IMG/VR virus record: IMGVR_UViG_3300027808_000167
Span: 1-24,083 of that record
Source of the DNA: a virus
Taxonomy: Duplodnaviria; Caudoviricetes
Length of the DNA: 24,083 bases
Reading direction: 5' to 3' (one strand)
Part shown: in pieces, positions 7,664 through 14,890 of the stretch
How positions within the stretch are numbered: the stretch's first letter is position 1
Layout: the number at the start of each line of letters is the position of its first letter
The notes under the pieces: model-generated
The model's input: the letters and a program-made list of their open reading frames with translations, nothing else
Databases searched by the model: none
Told to the model about the DNA's origin: nothing
Made by a program: the position numbers and the translations under genes

Positions 7664-8728
7664 TTACGCCGCTTCGCGCTTCATCACAGTAGTTTCTGCC
7701 AAACGCTTCCACTTGTCGGTGCCGGGACCTACCATCTTCTTCAAGTCTGCAATTTTAATAACTGTACGCAGGCTCAGCTCGCGCAACTTTTCTTTGTTGG
7801 TATCAACATACTCGTACAGTTCTTGCTTGGCGCCTTCTTCAAACTCGTATGCATCCAACATACCGTCCATCATAATTTGCTTGATACGCAACATCTTGTC
7901 ACGGGTAGTGTCCAGTGTCAGATCCAAATAGTGGCAACGGCTTTCCAATGCACCCAAGTGATCCTTGAGCTTTGCAGAACGCACATTCTCAAACTTGATG
8001 TTGGTGATAAAGATTGCACTGCCTTTGAACTCGAAGCGATCTGGCACACCCTCTTGACGCAACATGCGGCTGTCTGTGTTCCAGCAAATTGTACGCTTCT
8101 TGGAACTGTCCAATGCCGCTTTCAAAATGTTAAGGCTCAGCTCGTCCATCAACACACTGTCGCAATCGTCAAACACCAGCACGTTACCGGCATCGCTGTA
8201 ATTGTAGAGCTTGCAGTACAAACCAATGGCGCTCATTGCACCTTTAACAATCTCGTAACGGATACGCGAGCCGCCAATTTTGTCGAACATGGCGCTCTTG
8301 TCTAGCACCTTTTCAACACCAAAGCTCTTGCCAACACCCGGAGGGCCAACAACAATCATAGCACGGACTGAGCCATCAACTGCACCTTCAGTCATTTCCT
8401 CAAGAATGTCAAAACGCTCGCGGATGCGTTCAATTGCTTGCTCGTCTGTTTCTTGCACTTTTGGTTCCTTACGTTTTGGGGCATCATAATTGCCCTCGAT
8501 GCTAGTAACACAATCTGCGGCAGTTGCTGGTACTACATCGCGCATCGACTCTACTTTGATACGAACTTCGCGGCCTTGTGAAATTAGTGGTTCAAAAGAC
8601 TCGTCAGCAATAACTGTGACATATCCGCCTTTGGTACCTTCTTTATAATCTGCAACAAGCTGGAATGTTTGGCCTGCAACTTTAAAATTGCGATAGGTGC
8701 CTTTGTTGATTGTAATATATGCTGACAT
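7664..8728 (-). CDS. P-loop NTPase (AAA+/SF3-like) with N-terminal beta domain
   Basis: Walker A GPPGVGKS, Walker B VLVFDD, sensor-like IFITN, ALESR (candidate Arg finger); SD AAAGGA. Confidence 0.85.
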   Translation of the reverse strand: MSAYITINKGTYRNFKVAGQTFQLVADYKEGTKGGYVTVIADESFEPLISQGREVRIKVESMRDVVPATAADCVTSIEGNYDAPKRKEPKVQETDEQAIERIRERFDILEEMTEGAVDGSVRAMIVVGPPGVGKSFGVEKVLDKSAMFDKIGGSRIRYEIVKGAMSAIGLYCKLYNYSDAGNVLVFDDCDSVLMDELSLNILKAALDSSKKRTICWNTDSRMLRQEGVPDRFEFKGSAIFITNIKFENVRSAKLKDHLGALESRCHYLDLTLDTTRDKMLRIKQIMMDGMLDAYEFEEGAKQELYEYVDTNKEKLRELSLRTVIKIADLKKMVGPGTDKWKRLAETTVMKREAA

Positions 8729-8769
8729 TTGTGTTCCTTTGCGTGGATGTTTAACTTACTACAATATCT

Positions 8770-8798
8770 ATTATACTGCGGTTTGGCTCAAAGAGCAA
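8770..8798 (-). promoter_or_regulatory. Strong sigma70-type (early) promoter P2
   Basis: TTGCTC-17 bp-TATAAT upstream of the ATPase leader. Confidence 0.8.
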
Positions 8799-8929
8799 CC
8801 GTTTTGTTCAGTTTTTAGGGTTTGTTGCGATAATACAACACCGCCCAGGCCCGCTTGATACATTTCTGCTACTTCTTTGATGTAAAATTGCATAACTTTG
8901 CCGCTTTTTGTAATCAAAGTGTATTGCAT
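8771..8929 (-). CDS. 52-aa hypothetical protein not in the ORF track
   Basis: MQYTLITKSGKVMQFYIKEVAEMYQAGLGGVVLSQQTLKTEQNGCSLSQTAV; SD AAAGG; directly downstream of promoter P1. Confidence 0.65.
   Translation of the reverse strand: MQYTLITKSGKVMQFYIKEVAEMYQAGLGGVVLSQQTLKTEQNGCSLSQTAV
8823..8840. promoter_or_regulatory. Palindromic operator-like site TGTTG-N8-CAACA (copy 1)
   Basis: Minus strand TGTTGTATTATCGCAACA, 24 bp upstream of the P2 -35 box. Confidence 0.6.
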
Positions 8930-8957
8930 ATGGACCTTTGTTGCTGTTTAAGTGTTA

Positions 8958-8986
8958 ATTATACGGCGATTTGGACCAAAAGTCAA
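8958..8986 (-). promoter_or_regulatory. Strong sigma70-type (early) promoter P1
   Basis: TTGACT-17 bp-TATAAT; spacer resembles that of P2 (TTTGGTCCAAATCGCCG vs TTTGAGCCAAACCGCAG). Confidence 0.85.
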
Positions 8987-9002
8987 CCATTTTAGTCAGA
9001 AA

Positions 9003-9046
9003 AATACCCCAAAAGTGTTGTATTTTTGCAACATAGTTGGGGTATT
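9003..9046 (-). terminator. Long hairpin after uvsY (probable terminator) enclosing operator copy 2 (9016-9033)
   Basis: AATACCCCAA...TTGGGGTATT perfect 10-bp arms around TGTTGTATTTTTGCAACA; followed by Ts on the minus strand. Confidence 0.6.
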
Positions 9047-9062
9047 GCGTAGTGTACTATAA

Positions 9063-9524
9063 CTATCTTAATTCTGCATCTTCCATGCCAGCGACTCGCA
9101 GTTTTACAACATTGGTAATTTGCCATTGTTTGTTGTCAAGCCCCTTGACAAGTCCAAGAAACTTATTGCGAACAAGTGCAAACTCATTCACAATAGAATC
9201 CATGTCACACACGTCTGGTTCACCATCTACATATTTTTCAGCGTCGCGGCTGGTCAGAGCGCGATTGTAGTGTTCTGTAAATTGACGAAACTTTGCGCTT
9301 CTAACCTTTCGAAGTTGAATGTTCAACTGCTCGAGTATGGCTTCAATCTCTTGAAGCTGATTGAATCGGTACTCTACAATGCCCGGCATTTCACGGCTGG
9401 CTTTTTCTAGACTGCCAACTATTTTTAGTTCCATGCGGCCTTGAATAAGTTCGCCTTCAAACCACTCAATGCAGTCAGGAAGGCAGCTGAGATCTGTAAC
9501 GACCTTCCTGTACCAAGTACTCAT
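9063..9524 (-). CDS. uvsY: UvsY-like recombination mediator
   Basis: 153-aa helical protein with DAEKYVDGE...KFLGLVKGLDNKQWQITNVVKLRVAG, typical of the UvsY C-terminus; near uvsX. Confidence 0.75.
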   Translation of the reverse strand: MSTWYRKVVTDLSCLPDCIEWFEGELIQGRMELKIVGSLEKASREMPGIVEYRFNQLQEIEAILEQLNIQLRKVRSAKFRQFTEHYNRALTSRDAEKYVDGEPDVCDMDSIVNEFALVRNKFLGLVKGLDNKQWQITNVVKLRVAGMEDAELR

Positions 9525-9778
9525 TAATAATCCTCGTCTTCGTCTTCTTCAACTTCTTCTTCAATGTCACCTAGGATTTCTGCAAACGCACCGTCAAGGG
9601 CAGAATCAGATCCTTTGGCATCTTCTTGGGCTTGTTCCAAGTTAACAAAGTTTTCAGATGCTCTGAGATATGCAAGCGCAGCATCTGGTCTTTCTTTTTT
9701 ATCAATATAAGGTTTAATTGCTAGCCACTGTTCAACTAACATTTCTCCTGATGTATCACTCATTGTATTTTTCTCCAT
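9524..9778 (-). CDS. Small acidic hypothetical protein
   Basis: 84 aa (start could be the second Met, after a GGAG SD); acidic tail EEEVEEDEDEDY; TAATG-coupled to uvsY; late-type CTAAGTA at 9803-9809. Confidence 0.75.
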   Translation of the reverse strand: MEKNTMSDTSGEMLVEQWLAIKPYIDKKERPDAALAYLRASENFVNLEQAQEDAKGSDSALDGAFAEILGDIEEEVEEDEDEDY

Positions 9779-9805
9779 ATATCCACCGTTAGTGGTCAGC
9801 GATAC

Positions 9806-10276
9806 TTAGCTGACTTTTGTTTGTTGTGTTGCCATTTTAGAAAGATACTCTTCGCTTTCAATCCACTTGTTGTTGACAAGGAATCCCCAGTCTCGTTTTT
9901 GCGGGCCCGGCATAAACAGCGACCATGCTGTTACCGCTGGATCAAGCTCAATCCTATGATAGCTATTAGCGCCACATACCCTAAAGTGTCCGGGCCTGCG
10001 CCAATGACGAGTCTCGCCAATCTTTTTACCTGTGCTGTCAAATTCTGGAATCCATTCATAGTATCCACCTTTCAAAATTAAAGTAGCGTAAGGCCATGGA
10101 TGATCATGCACATCATCTGGGTCTGATTTGCAAAACTTGTGAACGAATACATTAAATGGAAATCGCTCTCGGTCTTTAAGGAAAACATAATATCTTTCTA
10201 GTAAGGGTTCATCTGCTCGTCGATCCATGATCACACGGTGTCTACCTAAACGTTGCATCAATTTTTTAATCATCAA
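9806..10276 (-). CDS. Cupin-fold metal-binding protein
   Basis: HKF..SD.D.VHDHPW...LILKGGYYE...HRIEL...WSLF.PG cupin motif pair. Confidence 0.7.
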   Translation of the reverse strand: MMIKKLMQRLGRHRVIMDRRADEPLLERYYVFLKDRERFPFNVFVHKFCKSDPDDVHDHPWPYATLILKGGYYEWIPEFDSTGKKIGETRHWRRPGHFRVCGANSYHRIELDPAVTAWSLFMPGPQKRDWGFLVNNKWIESEEYLSKMATQQTKVS

Positions 10277-11072
10277 ACCCCCATTGTCGATTTTTAGGGC
10301 GCACTACTGGGAAATCGACATACTTCAATGGCTGAGCAGTAGTTTTAATTCGTTGATCCCATTCATGCACCCATGTCTCTATTTCAGGACTAATCGCAGG
10401 TAGCCACGGAATTCCAAGTTTGCATATTTCTTGTTTAACATAATTTAACATGCTAACAGGATGATGATGTGCATCTGTGTAGACCTTAGATGGATCATCA
10501 ATTGACCAAGCGACCTGCAATGTTACTGGCGGAGGATATGGCAACACTTCTAAAATCGGCTTGCAATCAAATTTCAATTTGAAGGTAGATAGTATTTCAT
10601 TGACCTTATTCCAAATGTTGTTATTGACCGGATCGCTCCTAATTTGGTATGGCTCGCTCCAATGTATATTGAAGTGAGTTTGTGTAATTCCAAGTCCGCT
10701 TAGTGCAGCCTGGGTTGCGGCTATTAATGAGCAGTCGCGCAACGCATAGAACTCAACATCTGCATATTTCTCAACCCAGGATTGTGGATATATCGTCTGA
10801 TTAAAAATATTGCCGGGAGCAATCCAACGTCCATTGACTAATCGATCTTCTCTTGTAAGAGTAGTCCAGGCAACAAAGGCGTGGTCCCCGCGTTTTAATA
10901 GGCCAGTTGCTATGGCATGCTGAATCTGAATAGCAATAAACAAATTGCCAGCACCAGGCATTCCCCAATTGTCGCCATCCATGCCAGCTATAGTGGCTTG
11001 CTTTAACACGATATCGGCCCAAGTTGGCCAATGATACCTTGTACAGCTACATCCAAATGTCATCACTCTCAT
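10266..11072 (-). CDS. SGNH/GDSL-like hydrolase-fold protein
   Basis: N-terminal TFGCS (GDS-like block I), WGMPGAGN (block II) and C-terminal DAHH (DxxH); start re-assigned to ATG 11072. Confidence 0.55.
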   Translation of the reverse strand: MRVMTFGCSCTRYHWPTWADIVLKQATIAGMDGDNWGMPGAGNLFIAIQIQHAIATGLLKRGDHAFVAWTTLTREDRLVNGRWIAPGNIFNQTIYPQSWVEKYADVEFYALRDCSLIAATQAALSGLGITQTHFNIHWSEPYQIRSDPVNNNIWNKVNEILSTFKLKFDCKPILEVLPYPPPVTLQVAWSIDDPSKVYTDAHHHPVSMLNYVKQEICKLGIPWLPAISPEIETWVHEWDQRIKTTAQPLKYVDFPVVRPKNRQWGFDD

Positions 11073-11073
11073 A

Positions 11074-11292
11074 TTATCTCTCATCATCCCAAAATGCATT
11101 TAGAATAGGATACACACCATCACTGCTTCGTTGTATTTCAATTCGATCATTAAAGCCTGCATACACGAACTCGCCCGGTGACGTGCGCTTGAAACAGTCT
11201 ATCATGATCTCTGGCTCACCCATAATGTCAGCGTGAAGCATTTCCTTTTCATACAATGCTTGGAGTTGTTCTATTAAGAGTTTGAGTTGCAT
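11074..11292 (-). CDS. Hypothetical protein (72 aa)
   Basis: Start re-assigned to ATG 11292 (MQLKLLIEQL), which removes the overlap with the upstream gene and lies 6 nt below a -10 box. Confidence 0.7.
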   Translation of the reverse strand: MQLKLLIEQLQALYEKEMLHADIMGEPEIMIDCFKRTSPGEFVYAGFNDRIEIQRSSDGVYPILNAFWDDER

Positions 11293-11298
11293 AAGACT

Positions 11299-11327
11299 AT
11301 TGTAACATAAATTACTGTTAAGGCCAA
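11299..11327 (-). promoter_or_regulatory. sigma70-type promoter (extended -10), leaderless arrangement
   Basis: TTGGCC-17 bp-TACAAT with TGn extension, 6 nt before ATG 11292. Confidence 0.6.
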
Positions 11328-11749
11328 TGGGGAGTTTCACCAATTAGAACTCGAATAGATTGAAACTCTTTCCATGCATCTCGGTACATAGAATTCTCTT
11401 GGAGTAGTTCAAGATGACGTTCTTTATTTTCAATGAAGAATGCAGTTACATCACTTGGGCCACCCCTATACCCGACGGCGCCACGCGATGCATATTTGCG
11501 ATTAGCATACTCAAGTGCATGATGTATGTCTGTTTCCATGCGCTCAAATCTTTCAATCGTTTGTTGGTCAAGTTCAACAGTATACACTTGCTCTTGTGTT
11601 GTAGTGTACTGTTCAGACCAGTCGATGCGACCGTCTTCTCGCTCGCTAGCCCAATTTGTATAGCTAGGCTGATGGGCACGGTGCAAGGTGTGCCGACCTG
11701 TGATCTTTACACCTTGCTGTCTCAACCATTGTTCATGGTCAAGTGTCAT
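11318..11749 (-). CDS. Hypothetical protein
   Basis: 143-aa ORF abutting the uvsX stop, preceded by a GAGGA SD. Confidence 0.75.
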   Translation of the reverse strand: MTLDHEQWLRQQGVKITGRHTLHRAHQPSYTNWASEREDGRIDWSEQYTTTQEQVYTVELDQQTIERFERMETDIHHALEYANRKYASRGAVGYRGGPSDVTAFFIENKERHLELLQENSMYRDAWKEFQSIRVLIGETPHWP

Positions 11750-12823
11750 TTATTCCTCGACTGATTCAGGAGCTTCTTGCGGAACACTCTTGTCAAAGAT
11801 ATGCGGATTGTCAGTGATGTTTTTCATTACTGTATCCAAGCAACCATCATCATTGCGTTCCCAACCCTTGCGGAACTTCTTGATAATAACACCATCGGGA
11901 TCTGTGTAAACAAGACTATTGCCTTCTTTCTTTAACATGCCCTTGGTTTCGATTAAATCAGTTAAACCTGAGTAGGGATTCATACCTGTTTCGTATGGGA
12001 TCTTAACTTGCACCGATTCAAACGGTTTTGCATAGCGTGTCTTCATAATCTTACATGCTGCACGAATACCTTGTACGGTGGTTGTTTTGCCACCGTCTTC
12101 GTCTTCCTTCAACTTCAACTTGCGCATAGCAACCACAATAGAACTTGCGTAGATGAAGCCTTGGCCACCGGAGATCTTGTCATCTGGATCAAACATATCT
12201 TGCGATGCGTATGTGTGTGCAGTACACACTAAGCCAAGATTCAAGTTACCAAACATGTTTACGCAATTACGAACCAGTGCAGCAAGCGCCTTAGGCTTAC
12301 GGCCCATATCGCCCTTCATGTCACCAGCTTGGAATTGGTTAATGTCAGTTGGTGTTAGCAACATGCCTAACGAGTCAACGATAAACAATACCTTGGGACG
12401 ATCTGCCTCAGGCAATGTTTTGTATTCCTTAACAAACTCACTGATCATTTTGGCCACTTCGTCAATCATGGCCATGTTAAGTTTAAGTAACTTGTCTTCG
12501 CTTGTGTCTACTCCCAATGCATGGAGCCACTTTTCGTCCAGAGCGTTTTCGCTATCAACTAAGATAACAAAGATGCCTTGCTTTTGTGCGTTGGCGACCA
12601 AGTTGCCGGAACAGATAAAACTTTTGCCTGCACCAGATTCGCCAGCAAACACTGTAACTTTGCCCATTGGCACGCCGTAATTAAAGTTACTGCTGATAAG
12701 ATAGTTCAGTGCGAAATTGTTTGTGCTGATCCAGTCAGTTGGATCATTGAAGCCAATGCTCATGCCTTCGATACTTTTTGTAATGCTCTTTCTAAATTTA
12801 GAGACATCAAATGCTTTTGCCAT
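11750..12823 (-). CDS. uvsX: UvsX RecA-like recombinase
   Basis: Walker A AGESGAGKS, VDSENA, Walker B IVDSLG, SGGQG..YASS; adjacent to gp32. Confidence 0.93.
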   Translation of the reverse strand: MAKAFDVSKFRKSITKSIEGMSIGFNDPTDWISTNNFALNYLISSNFNYGVPMGKVTVFAGESGAGKSFICSGNLVANAQKQGIFVILVDSENALDEKWLHALGVDTSEDKLLKLNMAMIDEVAKMISEFVKEYKTLPEADRPKVLFIVDSLGMLLTPTDINQFQAGDMKGDMGRKPKALAALVRNCVNMFGNLNLGLVCTAHTYASQDMFDPDDKISGGQGFIYASSIVVAMRKLKLKEDEDGGKTTTVQGIRAACKIMKTRYAKPFESVQVKIPYETGMNPYSGLTDLIETKGMLKKEGNSLVYTDPDGVIIKKFRKGWERNDDGCLDTVMKNITDNPHIFDKSVPQEAPESVEE

Positions 12824-12844
12824 ATTATTCCTTTAAGATGAAGT

Positions 12845-12865
12845 GGGAGGGCATCATGCCCTCCC
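12845..12865 (-). terminator. GC-rich hairpin between gp32 and uvsX (leaky terminator or mRNA stabiliser)
   Basis: GGGAGGGCA-TGA-TGCCCTCCC, 9-bp stem, weak U-tract. Confidence 0.6.
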
Positions 12866-12874
12866 GTGTGTCAA

Positions 12875-13861
12875 TTAGGCTTGACGGCTGCGAATCATCT
12901 TAAGGATGTCGTCAACGCTGGGCTTGGCTGCACCTTCAGTTGGCGCAATTGGTGCTGATGCGGCTGCTGGTGCTGCTTGTGAAGCCACTGGTGCAGGACG
13001 AGCTGCTGGAGCTGCCTTAGGTGCAGGAGTGTCTTCATCAGCATCGGCTGCTGTTCCAGTTGCGTTGGCAATCTGAACGCCACTTGGACGATAGAACTTA
13101 CCAAACTGCTCTGGGTCATACAACTTGCCTTCAACACTAGCTTCGAACATTTCAAAGATTGCTCTTTGTTCGTCGATGCCGGGACGCTTTGGCATAAAGT
13201 CGTTCAAGTTGAACAAGCCGTGTGTTGCAATTGCTTGCAATTCTTCTTCGTTCAAGCCACGTTCTTTACGTGCCCAACCACTTGTAGAGTAGTCAGCATA
13301 GCCACCCTTTTGTGTCTTGTTCAAACGGAAGTCTGTACCCGCTTGGTAGTCAGTTGGGATATTTTCCATGTCTGGATCCATCAACGCTTGCTTGATTAGC
13401 GTAAAGATCTGTGGACTGATCACAAAGCGACGGATTGGATTCTCTGGAACACTGTCTTCTTCCATTGGGCTTGATACAACAAAGCCTTGGAAAACGTACG
13501 AACGCTTCTTCCAGTATGTGCGGCCAAGTGCTTCCATGTTAGGGTCTTTGAACCAAGGACGGATAGTTGCATGTACTGGACATGTTTCGCCCCACATTTC
13601 AACGCACGGTACTTGTACGTACACTTTTTTGTTTTCGTCTTGCCCTTTGACACCAGCGAATGGGATCTTGATCATCTGACGTTCACGCCAAAAGAATGTA
13701 TTTGTTTCGTCTGCGTCTGGGAGGAATCGAATTGAGGCTGAAGTGCCTTCTTGGATGTTCCAGTGTGCATAAATGGAGTTGTCGCCGCCACCTTGCTTAG
13801 TACCACTGGATTTTTGTGCTTGCTCTGCTAGTCGAGCGCGAATTTCTGCTAATGTTGCCAT
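12875..13861 (-). CDS. Single-stranded DNA-binding protein (T4 gp32 family)
   Basis: IRFLP, C...CPVH, YWKKRSY, GTDFRLNK...YADYSTS; Ala/Pro linker and C-terminal DDILKMI tail. Confidence 0.9.
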   Translation of the reverse strand: MATLAEIRARLAEQAQKSSGTKQGGGDNSIYAHWNIQEGTSASIRFLPDADETNTFFWRERQMIKIPFAGVKGQDENKKVYVQVPCVEMWGETCPVHATIRPWFKDPNMEALGRTYWKKRSYVFQGFVVSSPMEEDSVPENPIRRFVISPQIFTLIKQALMDPDMENIPTDYQAGTDFRLNKTQKGGYADYSTSGWARKERGLNEEELQAIATHGLFNLNDFMPKRPGIDEQRAIFEMFEASVEGKLYDPEQFGKFYRPSGVQIANATGTAADADEDTPAPKAAPAARPAPVASQAAPAAASAPIAPTEGAAKPSVDDILKMIRSRQA

Positions 13862-13917
13862 GATGTTTTACCTTTAAGTTGAGTAAGTTTGAGTGTTAAG
13901 CCCTATAGCGGACTAAA

Positions 13918-13951
13918 ACAACACATGCGTTTTTTATTGTGCATGTGTTGT
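13918..13951 (-). terminator. Hairpin upstream of gp32 (probable terminator of the terminase operon)
   Basis: ACAACACATGC-12 nt-GCATGTGTTGT, 11-bp stem followed by TTT on the minus strand. Confidence 0.55.
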
Positions 13952-13980
13952 AGTATACTTATGATCGCAAATTAAAGCAA
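13952..13980 (-). promoter_or_regulatory. gp32 promoter: sigma70-type with an overlapping late-type motif
   Basis: TTGCTT-17 bp-TATACT; ATAAGTA at 13956-13962. Confidence 0.6.
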
Positions 13981-14008
13981 TAGGCAATTTGCCCAGAAAA
14001 CGGACAAA

Positions 14009-14878
14009 TTAGTCGAACAGGCGTTCTAAGGATGTTTCAAGATCAGCAACTGCTTCGGATACCATGTCGTTGGGTAAGATAGGTGCTTGGCCCGGTTTAG
14101 TGTCAGTTGGCAGTTGGTATTCGGTGATGGCACTTAGGTCGCCGGTACGGGCTGCACGTTCCATCATACGCTTTAGCATAACAACTTCACTTTTGCCACG
14201 ACTGCGAATATTGGTTACTTGGTCCGTTTCTTCTAATCGCTTGCTCCAACGTAGCAGTTCCATAACATCCTTACGACGACGACTGATTTCGACAATTTTG
14301 GTACCAAGTTCGTCCCAGGGCTTGCCACCAGATTCTACGTGTAGAGCCATGACTCTAGCACCCAATAAGTGGTTGTATGGGAAACGGAAACGTTCGCCAT
14401 CTTTCTCTACGAACAGGGCTTGAATGTTGCGGCTACGTGCGCCCGGCTTTTCTTCTGTGACTGACTTGGTATGGGCCAAACGGATCTGTGTTGCGCCAAG
14501 TGGATGGTAGCTGATCTTTAAGCTATTGCGGCCTTCAGATACAGTTTCTGTGCGGTGAGCCATTTTCTTTGGTTCAATGTCACCTTCATAGCTGCGAATG
14601 GTTGTTCCGTACAAATAACGTCTAGCCACTGCTTGAACACGCGGTTTAAATTCAGTCTTAAACCACTCTACGTCGGTGGTAGTTGGATCGTACCAAACTT
14701 CAACATCAGTATTGTCGTAGTTGACCATGACCATGATATTTTGGTCCGGCACATATTGGTACACTGCCTGCTCTTGATCAAGAGTGCTTTTGCCATCTGC
14801 GTCTTTGAACGTAGAGTTATGGCTTACCCCTGCTACTGTAGCGGCTAGTTCTTTGGTTAGTTGTTCTCTTGTAGGCAT
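14009..14878 (-). CDS. Hypothetical protein, probably virion-associated
   Basis: 289-aa ORF after terL, preceded by CTAAATA (14884-14890) 5 nt from the ATG. Confidence 0.75.
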   Translation of the reverse strand: MPTREQLTKELAATVAGVSHNSTFKDADGKSTLDQEQAVYQYVPDQNIMVMVNYDNTDVEVWYDPTTTDVEWFKTEFKPRVQAVARRYLYGTTIRSYEGDIEPKKMAHRTETVSEGRNSLKISYHPLGATQIRLAHTKSVTEEKPGARSRNIQALFVEKDGERFRFPYNHLLGARVMALHVESGGKPWDELGTKIVEISRRRKDVMELLRWSKRLEETDQVTNIRSRGKSEVVMLKRMMERAARTGDLSAITEYQLPTDTKPGQAPILPNDMVSEAVADLETSLERLFD

Positions 14879-14890
14879 AGTTATATTTAG

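Noticed and set aside
7664-8728. ATPase as clamp-loader large subunit gp44
   Set aside because: It has a different N-terminal domain, a DD Walker B in place of the clamp-loader DE, and lies in an accessory cassette; the ESRC resemblance alone is insufficient.
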